Assembly: GCA_965223505.1 (NCBI GenBank)
Contig: CBDCWP010000014.1
Span: 1 to 48,227 of the forward strand
From: Planctomycetota bacterium
Lineage (GTDB): Bacteria > Planctomycetota > PLA2 > JAEUHO01
Length of the DNA: 48,227 nucleotides
Direction: 5' to 3'
The notes under the pieces are model-generated. The model did not search any database and had not been told where the DNA came from. It saw nothing but the letters and a program-made list of their open reading frames with translations. Shown here one piece after another: positions 31,848 to 42,755 of the stretch (within the stretch, counting starts at the first letter, position 1; each line of letters begins with the position of its first letter). Made by a program: the position numbers and the translations under genes.

Positions 31848-32555
31848 CTAGCCCCAGGTCTCGCGACGCAAAGCGGTCTCCGGCACGCCGAGCTTCTTGG
31901 CGCGTTCGAGCATGGCGTCGACGAACGCGGTCGGTCCACAGGCGTACACGACCGTTTCGTCGGGATGCGGCAGGCTCTCCTTCAGGACGATCTCGTTGAT
32001 CCGCTCGCGCGCGCCGTCCCATTCGCTGTCTGCGTCGCCCGTCACCGTCGGACGGTAGGTGAACCAATCGGCCGCGTCCGACACCGCCTGCAGCTCCTCA
32101 CGAAACAACAGATCATCGACGGATCGCGCGCTCTGAAGGAGACAGCAGGGACCGTCGTGACCGGTGGCCATGAGGTGCTGGACGTACGCCCGAAAGGGTG
32201 TGACGCCCGAGCCGGCCGCGATCAGCATGAGCCGCCGGCCGCTTTCGACATCGAGGACGAACTGCCCGGCCGGCGCGGTCACGCGGAGCCGCTTGCCCTG
32301 TTCGTAGCCGTGAAGCTGGTTACCGCAGCGCCCCGCGTTCCGGACGGTGATCTCGAACGTCCCGTCCTCGCGCGGCGCGCTCGAGATCGTGAATCCGCAC
32401 GGCGCGCCGTCCGGCGCGTCCGGATCCGTGACGAGGACGTACTGCCCGGGTCGATGCGCGAACGATTCGTCCGGCTCGACCAACGACAGCAGGAACGTGC
32501 GGTCTTTCGGCGTCTCGTCCACGATTCGCGCGACCTCGACTTCGTACGTGTCCAT
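31848..32555 (-). CDS. FAD/NAD(P)-binding oxidoreductase, ferredoxin-NADP reductase-like
   Basis: PGQYV, FTISSAP, PAGQF, IAAGSGVTPF, VYACGP, terminal ETW. Confidence 0.85.
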   Translation of the reverse strand: MDTYEVEVARIVDETPKDRTFLLSLVEPDESFAHRPGQYVLVTDPDAPDGAPCGFTISSAPREDGTFEITVRNAGRCGNQLHGYEQGKRLRVTAPAGQFVLDVESGRRLMLIAAGSGVTPFRAYVQHLMATGHDGPCCLLQSARSVDDLLFREELQAVSDAADWFTYRPTVTGDADSEWDGARERINEIVLKESLPHPDETVVYACGPTAFVDAMLERAKKLGVPETALRRETWG

Positions 32556-32611
32556 GACCGCACTGTCTACCACGGTCGCGGTTCGCACGCAGCCTGCGGT
32601 ATGCTGAGGCC

Positions 32612-33163
32612 ATGCCGAAGCTGGTGATCAAAGGCGGTCCGGGGGTCGGACGCGACTTCATGCTCGGCGCCGGCGCCTGCGTGGTCGGGCGCGACCCGGG
32701 CGTCGACTTCACGCTCGAAGACAACGTCGTCTCGCGACGCCACTTCCGGGTCGTTCAAGAGCAAGGCGCGTACTGGGTCGAGGACCTCGGCTCCACCAAC
32801 GGCACGCTCGTGAACGGGAGGCGGATGGAGCGCATCCAGCTCGTCGACGGGGATGTGATCTCCGTCGGCGGAACACAGGTCGCGTTCGTTCAGAAAGACC
32901 TGCTGGCGGCCGCCGGTGGAACCGCGCCCGCCAAGCCCGGCCTCAACGCGCCGGTCTCTCGCCGACAGCGCAAGCGCGGGGCGGAGACCCAGCGAAGTCA
33001 GAAGCCGGCGAAGCCCGCCGTCGCGCCGCGCGCCGTGACGCCGAAGAAGCCGGCGAAGCCCGCCAAGCCTGCGCGTCCGGCCAAGCCGCCTGCACAACCG
33101 TCCGAACCGCCGGAAAAGGGCGGCATCCAGGCGCCCGTTCCGCGGCGTCGTCGCGGACGGTAG
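32612..33163 (+). CDS. FHA-domain protein with Pro/Lys-rich tail
   Basis: VGR, VSRRH, DLGSTNGTLVNG, L.DGD.I FHA motifs; KPAKP repeats at the C-terminus. Confidence 0.88.
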   Translation: MPKLVIKGGPGVGRDFMLGAGACVVGRDPGVDFTLEDNVVSRRHFRVVQEQGAYWVEDLGSTNGTLVNGRRMERIQLVDGDVISVGGTQVAFVQKDLLAAAGGTAPAKPGLNAPVSRRQRKRGAETQRSQKPAKPAVAPRAVTPKKPAKPAKPARPAKPPAQPSEPPEKGGIQAPVPRRRRGR

Positions 33164-33223
33164 GTCACGCGCTGAGTCGCTCTCCCTTGCCGGGGTACCT
33201 TCACGCCCCCGAGGGAGGACGCC

Positions 33224-34393
33224 ATGAGTGTCACGTATCGCGGTCCCGACTTCTACGCGATGGACGGTCTTCTGAGTGAAGAGGAGATCCTGATTCGCGA
33301 CACCGTGCGCGACTGGGTCAGCGAGCGCTTCATGCCGGTCGTCGCGGAGGCGTACCGCGAGGGACGCTTCCCAACGGACTTGATCCCCGAGCTGGCCGAG
33401 ATGGGCGTGCTCGGCGGCAACCTCGACTATCCCGAGTTTCCCGGTCTCAACAGCGTGGCCTATGGGCTCGTGATGCAGGAGCTCGAACGCGGCGACTCCG
33501 GACTGCGTTCGTTCGTCAGCGTGCAAGGCGCGTTGGTGATGTTCCCCATCTGGCGCTACGGCTCCGACGAGCAGAAGGCCCGCTGGCTTCCGGCCATGCA
33601 TGCCGGCGAGGCCATCGGCTGTTTCGGGCTCACCGAGCCCGACCACGGCAGCGATCCCGGCGGCATGGAGACGAAGGCGAAGCAGGACGGCGACGGCTAT
33701 GTCCTGAACGGCGCCAAGATGTGGATCACCAACGGCAACCTGGCGGACGTGGCGCTCGTCTGGGCGAAGCTGGACGGAGAGATCCGCGGGTTCCTGGTCG
33801 AGAAGGGGGTGCCCGGCTTCGAGGCGCGCGAGCAGCGCGCGAAGCACAGCTTGCGCGCGTCCGTCACGAGCGAGCTCATCCTGCAGGACGTGAAGGTCGG
33901 TCCCGAGTCGTTGCTGCCCGGCGCGAAGGGGCTCGGCGGCCCGCTCAGCTGTCTGAACCAGGCGCGGTACGGTATCGCCTGGGGCGCGGTGGGCGCCGCG
34001 ATGGCGTGCTTCGACGAGGTGCGCAACTACGGTCTGACGCGCGAGCAGTTCGACAGGCCGATCGCCTCGTTCCAGCTCTACCAGGCGAAGCTTGCGCACA
34101 TGCTGACCGAGATCACGAAGGCGCAGCTGATGAACCTGCAGCTCGGCCGCCTGAAGGACGCCGGCAAGGCGACGCCGCAGCAGGTCAGCATGGCGAAGCG
34201 CAACTGCTGCTATCACGCGCTGGAGGCGGCGCGGGAAGCGCGCGACATGCTGGGCGCGAACGGCATCACCGACGAGTACCAGTCGATGCGGCACATGTGC
34301 AACCTGGAGAGCGTGAAGACCTACGAGGGCACGCACGACATCCACACGTTGATCCTGGGCCGCGAGATCACGGGCATCAGCGCCTTCAACTAG
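33224..34393 (+). CDS. gcdH: Acyl-CoA dehydrogenase, glutaryl-CoA dehydrogenase type
   Basis: ELERGDSGLRS, GCFGLTEPDHGSDPG, LRASVT, CLNQARYGIAWG, RHMCNLESVKTYEGTHDIH. Confidence 0.85.
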   Translation: MSVTYRGPDFYAMDGLLSEEEILIRDTVRDWVSERFMPVVAEAYREGRFPTDLIPELAEMGVLGGNLDYPEFPGLNSVAYGLVMQELERGDSGLRSFVSVQGALVMFPIWRYGSDEQKARWLPAMHAGEAIGCFGLTEPDHGSDPGGMETKAKQDGDGYVLNGAKMWITNGNLADVALVWAKLDGEIRGFLVEKGVPGFEAREQRAKHSLRASVTSELILQDVKVGPESLLPGAKGLGGPLSCLNQARYGIAWGAVGAAMACFDEVRNYGLTREQFDRPIASFQLYQAKLAHMLTEITKAQLMNLQLGRLKDAGKATPQQVSMAKRNCCYHALEAAREARDMLGANGITDEYQSMRHMCNLESVKTYEGTHDIHTLILGREITGISAFN

Positions 34394-34501
34394 CCGGGAG
34401 GGGTGAGCAGGCCTCCGTCAGTCCGCATCTCGGACCGTTTCCCGCCACCGCTTCCGGCCGTGGGAAGATGAGCGCCCACGACCCGTTTCTCTTTCCAGCC
34501 C

Positions 34502-35296
34502 ATGAAGAACGTCCTGCCTCTCGCCCTGCTGCTCATCGCGATCGCGATCGCGTTGTTCATCTTCCTGGGGCAGGAGGAGCCGGACGACTTCGATGCCGCG
34601 CCCACGACCTCGGCTCCTACGGCCCCCGCGCCGCGCGAGCTGAGCGGCCTGGAGGGGCGCGCCCCCGACAAGCCGGTCGAGGTGCGGGACAACTCCCACC
34701 TCATGAAGCGCCACAAGACGCGCTATGGGAGCCTCGAGATCCTGCCGATCGGTCCCGACGGCAACACGATTCCGCCGGACGGTCTCACGGTGCACGTCGA
34801 GCCGCTCGGGCGCAGCCATCGCATCGGCCGTCCGCTCGGACTGCGCGACATGGAGACGCATCTCTGGACGTACCGCAAGATCCCGATCGGCGACGTGAAG
34901 ATCCGCGTCTTCGGAGACTTCGTGATCCCGATGGAGGACAGCACGAAGGTGCGCGAGGGCATCCGCACGCACAAGAAGGTGTTCGTCGAGCTCGCCGGCT
35001 CGATCAAGTACGACGTCAAGCTGTACGACGGAACGTATCCAGAGAGGGTCACGCTCACGCTGCTGAACATGCAGGGCAAGCCCGTCGCCGCGACGTATCA
35101 GGTGCGCACCCGCGAGCACATGACCAGTCCCAAGGTCACGGCCTCGATCACCCAGAAGCCGTTCGGCTACATCTTCGGTGTTCGCCCCGGCACCTACCAG
35201 CTGCGGGTCACGAGTCCGGAGGACGAGACGGAGACGGTGACCGTCGACGTCGAGCGGCAGGAGCAAACCGTCGTCGAGCTCGAGGTGCGCCGCTGA
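34502..35296 (+). CDS. Membrane-anchored hypothetical protein with C-terminal beta-sandwich (PGTYQL) domain
   Basis: N-terminal TM (LPLALLLIAIAIALFIFL); beta-rich remainder. Confidence 0.7.
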   Translation: MKNVLPLALLLIAIAIALFIFLGQEEPDDFDAAPTTSAPTAPAPRELSGLEGRAPDKPVEVRDNSHLMKRHKTRYGSLEILPIGPDGNTIPPDGLTVHVEPLGRSHRIGRPLGLRDMETHLWTYRKIPIGDVKIRVFGDFVIPMEDSTKVREGIRTHKKVFVELAGSIKYDVKLYDGTYPERVTLTLLNMQGKPVAATYQVRTREHMTSPKVTASITQKPFGYIFGVRPGTYQLRVTSPEDETETVTVDVERQEQTVVELEVRR

Positions 35297-35344
35297 GCGC
35301 AGGCTGAATCACGTGCGCGACTGCTGCGCACCGAGCGGCGCCGC

Positions 35345-35761
35345 CTACTCGTCGATCGACTTGACGAGCGACGTGAGAAACCACTCGACCTGTCCTTCGC
35401 CGAGCCCCGTGCGCGCGAGCACCGACTCGATCAGCGCCTGCACGCGCTCGGCGCGGCGCGCCATCAACGCGTCGCGCAGCGTCTCGCCCTCCGGCGTCAA
35501 CGCCACCATGCGGCGCCGCCGATCGCGACGTCCCGCCCGGCGCAACACGAGTCCGTCTGCCACCGCGCGATCCACGAAGCGCGTCGCCGTTGACGGATCC
35601 CGCCCCAGCTTGCGCGCCATCTCGCCCATCGGCAGACCGGGGCCCGGTTCGACCGCGACGAGCACGCGCGCCGTCGCTTCGGTGCGTCCCAGGTGCTTCG
35701 CGTCCTCCCGCAGGCCGAGCGCGAGTCGGATCTCCAGCTCGTGCAGCAGGGCGGCCGTCAT
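35345..35761 (-). CDS. MarR-family transcriptional regulator
   Basis: Winged HTH: MGEMARKLGRDPSTATRFVDR...GLV.R...DRRRRMVALTPEG. Confidence 0.85.
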   Translation of the reverse strand: MTAALLHELEIRLALGLREDAKHLGRTEATARVLVAVEPGPGLPMGEMARKLGRDPSTATRFVDRAVADGLVLRRAGRRDRRRRMVALTPEGETLRDALMARRAERVQALIESVLARTGLGEGQVEWFLTSLVKSIDE

Positions 35762-35790
35762 GCTTGCATCCTACAAGCAGCAACCCCGCT

Positions 35791-38700
35791 CTAGCCTCCG
35801 CCGACCGGCTCCACGGCGCGCACGATCAGACGGCAGCCGATCGTCGACGATACCTGATCCGGGGCCTGCGAGCTGCGCCAGTCGATGCGGTCCGCCGGTT
35901 CGTCCTGCGAGCTCCAGTCGCGGCCCTTCAGCGTGAAACGGCCCTCGCGCTCGTTCCAGTCCGCCGTCCACTCCGACATGGAGCCGCTCAGGTCGCGGAC
36001 CCCGAACACGCTCTCGTCCTCGGCGAAGAGACCCACGGGCTCCGGCGCCGGGTTCTGCGACCTGGAGCGGGTGCCCTTGAAGTACAGCCACTCCCGCTCG
36101 TCGCCGTACACGAACGTGCGCGTGTCGCCGCCGCGCGCCATGCGCAGCCACTCGAGCTCGGTCGGCAGCGTGAAACGCAGTGCGAAGACGACGGGCGCGG
36201 CGTTCGATGACGACCGCTCCACCCGCACGTCCGCCAGCATGCCGCCCGACGCCGCGACCTGCCTCGCGTGCTCCCGCGACCGTTCCGTTCGCCACCGCAG
36301 GTAGCCCCACCCGATCGTGCGTGATTCGTTCAACGCCGAGACGAGCGCCTGGAACTGATCGTCGTGCGGTCTCTCTTCTCCCTCGATGAGCTCCGGATAC
36401 CCCACGAAGTCGTACAGGTTCAGGTATGCGGCCGGATGCTCGGGGTTGTCCATGGGGTAGTAGTACGCGGGCACGTTCGATCCGGTGCGCGGTTGGTGGC
36501 GAACCGGCAGCGCGCGACCGCCGTAGCGCGGGACGAAGCGAAGTCCGGTGACGCGGTGCTCATCGATGGCTTTCAACGTGCGCGGATCGTTCAGGAACTC
36601 CCAGTACTCGGCGTACGTCACCTCGAACTTCGCCGCCATGAAACGGCCCACGTCGTGCCAGCCCCCTGCGCGCTCGCCACCCGGCGCACGCAGAAACGTC
36701 CGCCCGGCCGGAATGCCGATGAACCCGGCGGGGAGCGCGTCCGATGGGGTGAGTGCGTCGACGACGAGGTCGCGCGGCGTGTCGGGGCCGACCTCGAACG
36801 ACAGGCGCTGATCGACGAACCCCGGCTGCCGCACCAGCAGCAGATAACGACCCGGTGCGAGCGTCAGCTCGTCAGCCGACGAGAGCCGGTTGTCCGGCGA
36901 CGTGACGAGCGGATAGACGGTTTCGGAGAGGCGCTCCTCGTACCGCGCGCGGCGCATCGGGCCCGCCATCGTTCCCACGTAGCCTTGGCTGCTCTCCATG
37001 GGCGGCATGACGGACGGAATGTCCGGGGCCACCGGCCGGCGGCCCTCTCCCTCGAGTCTTCGTTCGACCGCGTCCCGGAACGCGCGCGGAACTTCGCCGA
37101 GTCCGCGCTCGGGATGGTACGGAAGCGGCAGCAGCCGCGAGCCGCCGCGCTCGATCGCGTCGGCTTCACGCACGTATTGGAAGAGCCAGACCGCGCGATG
37201 CGCGCTCTGCGGTTCCGGCAACGCGATGTGCACCGTCTGTGAGCCGGCCAGCTCGGCCCGGTACGGCGCCGGATCCAGCCGCTCGACCGTAAGCCGATGC
37301 ATGGCCGCGGCCTCGGTGTCCCCGCGATCTCGCGCGCGGCGCCACTCTTCCATGTGCCATCGCGCGGCGCCCGCGTAGATGCGGTCACGCACCGCGCGGC
37401 CGCGACGTCCGGCCGCTTCGAAGCCCGCATCGATCAGCGATCGCGACACGGCGAGCATCGACGAAACTTCCGCGCGCAGGCGCGCCAGCGTCTCGCGTTG
37501 CCTCGGGATCCGTACGCGCGCGCGATACGCCGGCTCGCGCATCCACCAGGGCTCGGAGCCGCGCGCGACGTCCGCGCCGAGCCCGACGCCGCCCTCCGCA
37601 TCCTTGCCCTTGGCCGCCTGGGCTTCCAACCGCGCAAGCTCCTCGAGGCCGCGGCGGACCTCGGCCATCACGCCTTCCGCTTGCTCGAACGTGTCGGCGG
37701 CGCTCTGCACGCGGCGGGCGACCCGCGCCTGCTCGCGTCCCTCGCGCGGCGCCGCCGCGTCCGGTTCCAACGCGATCCAGTCGGCGAAGTGGTTCTCGGC
37801 CTCCTGGTACCGGCCTTCGGCCAGGGCCTGCCGCGCCTCCCGGCGCACCTCGTCGACGCGCTCGCGCTGCACCCGTTGCACCCAGAGCAAGGCGACCAGG
37901 CCCGCGACCACGACGAAGAACGCTGCGGCCACCGCCGTCGCGCGCGCGGGTCGCCGCTTGGCCCAGCCCTTGAGCTTGCGCAGCGAGCTCGGCGGCCGCG
38001 CGGCAATCGCCTGCTCGCGCAACCAATGGGTCAGGTCCTCCGCCAGATCGGCGCAGCTCGCATAGCGGTCCTTCGGGCTCTTCTCGATGCACTTGAAGCA
38101 GATCGTCTCGAGGTCGCGGTCGACGCGGGGGTCGAGGCGCGACGGCGCGACGGGCCGCTCCTCCGCGACGAACCGTGCGAGCGACGCCAGGTCGTCCGCC
38201 GGAAACGGCAGGTGTCCCGTGAGGCACTCGTAGAGCACGACGCCGAGCGACCACTGGTCGGAGTGAGGTCCGACCTCGGACGCGATGCTGCCGAACTGCT
38301 CCGGCGACATGTAGCCGGGGGTCCCGATCAACATGCCCGACACGGACAGGCTGTCGCCCGCCATACGGTCGGCGGCCAGCCCGAAGTCGGCGAGCATCGG
38401 ACGCTCCACCTCGAACTGGGACTCGTCGGGGTTCGCCGCCAGCACCCACGAGCTGCGGATGCGCTTGCTCTCGATGTCGCGCTCGTGATCGGGCACCGGC
38501 TGGCGCAGCAGCAGGATGTTGCCGGGCTTGACGTCGCGATGCACGACGCCGGCCTTGTGCGCCGCGTCGAGTGCCAGCGCCACCTGCCGGATGATGCGCG
38601 CGGCGCGCGCGCGCCGGATGCGGCCCGTGCCGGTGCCGTGCAGGAGCTTGTCGAGCGACGGGCCCTCGACGCACTCCATCGCGCACCAGAGGTGACCGTT

Positions 38701-38943
38701 GGTCTCGCCGGACGAGAGGATCGGAACGATGCCGGGGTGCCGCAGCCGTGCCGCGGCGCGAACCTCGCGGTCGAACCGGCGGCGCACCTGCTCGTCGCGC
38801 GCGAAGTCCCGGCGCAGGACCTTCAGCGCGACGTCGCGCCCCAGCTTGTCTTCGTGGGCGAGATAGACGATGCCCATCGCGCCGCGGCCCAGCTCGCGTC
38901 GAATCGTGAACCCCGGGACGCTGATCGTCTCGTTGCCTTCCAT
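35791..38943 (-). CDS. Hanks-type Ser/Thr kinase - TM - helical region - SUMF1/FGE-like domain fusion
   Basis: LGRGAMGIV, VALK, HRDVKPGN, DFG, GTPGYMSPEQ, SDQWSLG; TM segment; KFEVTYAEY, LPTELEW, DLSGSMSEWT, IGCRL. Confidence 0.9.
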   Translation of the reverse strand: MEGNETISVPGFTIRRELGRGAMGIVYLAHEDKLGRDVALKVLRRDFARDEQVRRRFDREVRAAARLRHPGIVPILSSGETNGHLWCAMECVEGPSLDKLLHGTGTGRIRRARAARIIRQVALALDAAHKAGVVHRDVKPGNILLLRQPVPDHERDIESKRIRSSWVLAANPDESQFEVERPMLADFGLAADRMAGDSLSVSGMLIGTPGYMSPEQFGSIASEVGPHSDQWSLGVVLYECLTGHLPFPADDLASLARFVAEERPVAPSRLDPRVDRDLETICFKCIEKSPKDRYASCADLAEDLTHWLREQAIAARPPSSLRKLKGWAKRRPARATAVAAAFFVVVAGLVALLWVQRVQRERVDEVRREARQALAEGRYQEAENHFADWIALEPDAAAPREGREQARVARRVQSAADTFEQAEGVMAEVRRGLEELARLEAQAAKGKDAEGGVGLGADVARGSEPWWMREPAYRARVRIPRQRETLARLRAEVSSMLAVSRSLIDAGFEAAGRRGRAVRDRIYAGAARWHMEEWRRARDRGDTEAAAMHRLTVERLDPAPYRAELAGSQTVHIALPEPQSAHRAVWLFQYVREADAIERGGSRLLPLPYHPERGLGEVPRAFRDAVERRLEGEGRRPVAPDIPSVMPPMESSQGYVGTMAGPMRRARYEERLSETVYPLVTSPDNRLSSADELTLAPGRYLLLVRQPGFVDQRLSFEVGPDTPRDLVVDALTPSDALPAGFIGIPAGRTFLRAPGGERAGGWHDVGRFMAAKFEVTYAEYWEFLNDPRTLKAIDEHRVTGLRFVPRYGGRALPVRHQPRTGSNVPAYYYPMDNPEHPAAYLNLYDFVGYPELIEGEERPHDDQFQALVSALNESRTIGWGYLRWRTERSREHARQVAASGGMLADVRVERSSSNAAPVVFALRFTLPTELEWLRMARGGDTRTFVYGDEREWLYFKGTRSRSQNPAPEPVGLFAEDESVFGVRDLSGSMSEWTADWNEREGRFTLKGRDWSSQDEPADRIDWRSSQAPDQVSSTIGCRLIVRAVEPVGGG

Positions 38944-38970
38944 CCGGCGCTCAGTGTAGTCATCGGGGAC

Positions 38971-40749
38971 TTACAATCCGCCGTCGGCCCGCGCTTGGAG
39001 TTCGTACATACGACGGTACAGGCCGTCCTTGCGAAGCAGCGTGGCGTGATCGCCCCGTTCGGCGACCTCGCCGCGCTTCAAGACCAGGATCTCGTTCGCC
39101 GCCTTGATCGTCGACAGCCGGTGGGCCACCACGATCGTCGTTCGGTCCTGCCGCATCGTCTCGAGCGCGTCTTGAATCAACCGCTCGGTCTCGGTGTCGA
39201 TCGACGACGTCGCCTCATCGAGCACCAGGACGGCGGGATCGTGGACCAGCGCCCGGGCGAACGCGATGAGCTGCCGCTCGCCGACGGAGAAATTCGCCCC
39301 GCGCTCCTCGACCGACGAATCGAGCCCCTTCGGGAGTCGCGCGACGACATGGTCGGCGTGAACGGCCCGCACCGCCTCCTCGACCTGCTCGCGGGTGATG
39401 CGCTCGTCGAAGAGCCGGATGTTGTCGAGCACCGAGCCGCGGAAGAGGAACACGTCCTGCAGGACCACCGCGATGCACGCCCGCAGCGAGCGGTGTTCGT
39501 AGTCGCGCACGTCGCGGCCGTCGACGGCGACCTCGCCGCGCTGCACGTCGTAGAACCGGCTGATGAGATTGAGCACGCTCGTCTTGCCGGCGCCCGTGGG
39601 CCCGACGAGGGCCAACGTGGACCCGGCCGGCGCGTCGAACGAGACGCCCCGCAGCACCGACTCGTTCTCGACGTACGCGAAGTGCACGTCGCGGAAGGTC
39701 ACGCGGCCCTGGACGTCGGTTGCCGCGCCTGCGCCGGGCGCGTCCTCGATCTCGGGCTCGGTGTCGAGTACGGCGAAGAGGCGCTCGCCGGAGACCATGG
39801 CCTGCAAGAGCATGTTGAGGTTGTCGGCCAGGGTTCGAATCGGCTCGAAGAAGCGGTCGATCAACATGAAGAAGGCGAACGTGTTGCCTAGCGTGAAGGT
39901 GCCGTCGAGCACCTGGTTCGCCCCGAAGTACACGACCAGCGTGATCGCCAGGCGCGACAAGATGTTCACGGCCGGAAAGAACAACGCGAAGTTGCGTACG
40001 GTCGCCAGATGCGCGCCCCGCAGTCGTTCGACGTGGTCGTTGAAGACGTCCTTGGCGTGCTCGTGACGCCGGAAGAGGCGCGTGACCTCGACGCCGCTCA
40101 CCGCCTCGGTCGTGAAGGCGTTGGTACTCGCCACCTCCTTGCGAACGCGCCGGAAGTCGCGGCGGCTGAAGCGCATGAACAACGCCGTCGCGATGGCCAG
40201 CAGCGGGACCACGATCATGACGACCGACGCGAGCTTGACGTCGATGTAGAAGAGGAACGACAGGATCAACAGCAGCTTGAGCACGTCGTGGAAGAACGCC
40301 GCCACGCCCGACGTGAAGAACTCCTCGATTGCCTCGACGTCGTTGGTCACGCGGGTCGTCAGGACGCCGACCGGGTTGCGGTCGAAGAACCGTAGGCTCA
40401 TGCGCTGGATGTGCTCGAACACGTCGAGCCGCAGGCTCATGCCGATGAGCCGTCCCGCCCGCACCGAGATCACGGCGCGCGCGCAGCGCATCGACGTGCC
40501 GAGGAGGATCACGCCGAAGAACAGCACCGCGTAGATCGTCAGCCCGTCCGCGTCGCGCGCCTCGATGGGTTCGTCGACCGCCTTGCGCACGATCGCCGGA
40601 CCAAGAAGGTCGATGCCGGCCGAGGCGATCATCGTGACGACGCTCAGTGCGACGAGCCCGCGGTGGCGGCCGACGTAGGCCAGCAGACGCCAGAGGGTGC
40701 GACGTCCGTTGCCGCGCGAGCGATGGGGGGGGGAGGCGTCGGCATTCAT
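38971..40749 (-). CDS. ABC exporter, fused permease/ATPase (MdlB-like half)
   Basis: TM domain, GPTGAGKT, degenerate signature FSVGERQ, LVLDEATS, VAHRLST. ATGA overlap with the upstream half. Confidence 0.9.
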   Translation of the reverse strand: MNADASPPHRSRGNGRRTLWRLLAYVGRHRGLVALSVVTMIASAGIDLLGPAIVRKAVDEPIEARDADGLTIYAVLFFGVILLGTSMRCARAVISVRAGRLIGMSLRLDVFEHIQRMSLRFFDRNPVGVLTTRVTNDVEAIEEFFTSGVAAFFHDVLKLLLILSFLFYIDVKLASVVMIVVPLLAIATALFMRFSRRDFRRVRKEVASTNAFTTEAVSGVEVTRLFRRHEHAKDVFNDHVERLRGAHLATVRNFALFFPAVNILSRLAITLVVYFGANQVLDGTFTLGNTFAFFMLIDRFFEPIRTLADNLNMLLQAMVSGERLFAVLDTEPEIEDAPGAGAATDVQGRVTFRDVHFAYVENESVLRGVSFDAPAGSTLALVGPTGAGKTSVLNLISRFYDVQRGEVAVDGRDVRDYEHRSLRACIAVVLQDVFLFRGSVLDNIRLFDERITREQVEEAVRAVHADHVVARLPKGLDSSVEERGANFSVGERQLIAFARALVHDPAVLVLDEATSSIDTETERLIQDALETMRQDRTTIVVAHRLSTIKAANEILVLKRGEVAERGDHATLLRKDGLYRRMYELQARADGGL

Positions 40750-42519
40750 GCCAGGTCCTCCAGCTCCGCCTGCAACCGCTGCTGCGCGTAGGTGCGCGCG
40801 TACCAACCTTCGCCCTCGACCAGCGCCTCGTGCGTGCCCGCCTCGATGACGCGGCCCGCCTCCAGAACGACGATCCGGTCGGCGTGGCGCACGGTCGAGA
40901 GGCGATGTGCCACGACGATCGAGGTGCGCCGGCGCATCTCGACGACGAGCTCGGCGAGAATGCGCTCTTCCGTGTGCGTGTCGACGGCCGACAAGCAGTC
41001 GTCGAGCAGCAGCACCGGCGCGTTCACCAGCAGCGCGCGCGCGAGCGTCGTGCGTTGCTTCTGCCCGCCGGACAACGTCAGGCCGCGCTCGCCGACGACG
41101 GTGTCAAAGCCGCGCGGGAACGCCGAGATGTCCTCGTCGAGCCCCGCGAGCTTGGCCACGGCGTGCGCGCGCGCGGGCGTCAGGTCCTCGTCGATCGCGT
41201 ACGAGAGATTCGCGCGCAGCGTGTCCGAGAAGAGAAACGCGTCCTGCGGGACCGTCGCAAACGCGGCCCGCAGCTCGTCGAGCGGAATGGCGGTGACGTC
41301 GATGTCATCGAGCCGGATCGACCCCGGCGGCGGCTCGTAGCTCCGCGTGAGCAGCCCCAGCAACGTGCTCTTGCCGCTGCCGACGGGGCCGACGAGCGCG
41401 AGCGTGCCGCCGGCGGGCACGGTGAAGCTCACGTCGTCCAACGCCGGATGCGCGGCGCCCTCGTAGGCGAACGTCAGATTCGACACGTCGATGCGTCCGG
41501 CGAAGGCGTCGGGCAGCGCCGCCGGCTCGTCCAGGACGTCGCGCTCGCGGGGAGCGTCCATGATCTCGTCGATGCGCTGGATCGCGGCGGCCGAGCGCTG
41601 AAGCGCCGAGACGACCCAGCCGACGCTGATCATCGGCCAGATGAGCAACGTGATGTACGCCTGGAAGCTCACGAGGTAGCCGAGCTCCAGCTCCCCGGCG
41701 ATCACGAGACGTCCGCCGTACCACAGCACCGCGAGCTCCGCGAGTCCGCCCAGGGCGAACAGCCCGCCGATCAGCAACGCGCGGTACTTCGCCAAACCGA
41801 GCGTTTCGGCAACGAGCGCTGCGTTCGCCTTCCGAAACGCCTCGAGCTCCACGTTCTCCGTGGCGTACGCCCGGACGACGCGGGCGCCGGAGAAGCTCTC
41901 CTGTGCGCGCGCCGACAAGTCGCCCCAGGCGGTCTTGCACCGCGCGGGTTCGACGCATGACACCCGGCGCGAGAACGCGCACGAGCCCCATGATCGCGAG
42001 CAACGGCACCAGGGCGAGCAGCGTGATCTCGCCCGACAGCGTCCACATCGAGACGACCGCCATGGGGAACAGGACGAGCGTGCTGCCGAGGTACATGAGC
42101 CCGGGCCCGGCGGAGAATCGCACGGCCTCCACGTCGCTCGTCAGCCGCGAGATCAGGTCGCCGGTGCGGGTGCGGTCGAAGTACCCGGCCGGCAGATGCT
42201 CGATGTGATCGAACAGGTCGCGCTTGAGGTCGCGCTCGACGCCGCGGGACGCGCCGACGAGGAGCCAGCGCATGAAGAACGTGAACACGCCCGCCCCGAG
42301 GGCGATGCCCAGGAAGAGCAGGGCCTGTTGCTTGGCCGTGTCGGCCAGATCGGAGCTGCCGTTGATCGTGTCGAGGGTGTTGACGGCTTCCCCGAGCACG
42401 CGCGGCGCGTACACCATGAGCAGCCGGCTGGCGACCACGCAGAACGCGCCCCCGATGAGGGCGCCCTTGTAGCGGGGCAGGTACCGCAGAACGCGGCGGA
42501 AGGAGCTGCGTGCGAACAC
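40746..42519 (-). CDS. ABC exporter, fused permease/ATPase (MdlA-like half), frameshift near 41925
   Basis: N-terminal TM domain in ORF 41305..42621 (RTGDLISRLTSDV) joins ORF 40746..41963 (GDLSARAQESFSG...GPVGSGKST, LSGGQKQR, LLLDDCLSAVD). One extra G in a G4 run. Start approximate. Confidence 0.8.
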
Positions 42520-42688
42520 GTCCTGGGGGGCTCCGGGGCGGGGGACCGCCAGAAGGTACGGAGCGGGGCCCCGGCCGGGGTGGACTGTCCGAGGCGTGCC
42601 CGTAGGTGTGCGACCTTGCACGCCGTGCGATTCGTGCGGGTCCTACGGCGCCCGTCGTCGCCGGCGCATACGGCTGCAACTCACTTCA

Positions 42689-42744
42689 AGTCAGCGACTT
42701 ACGGGGAATTCTCCCTTCCGGTCCGCGAGCGGCATACAGCTTGC
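42689..42744 (+). promoter_or_regulatory. Putative sigma54 (-24/-12) promoter with upstream IHF-like site
   Basis: CGGCAT-ACAGC-TTGC at 42730-42744 (consensus TGGCAC-N5-TTGC). AGTCAGCGACTTA at 42689-42701 resembles WATCARNNNNTTR. Confidence 0.6.
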
Positions 42745-42755
42745 CTTAGAGGGGG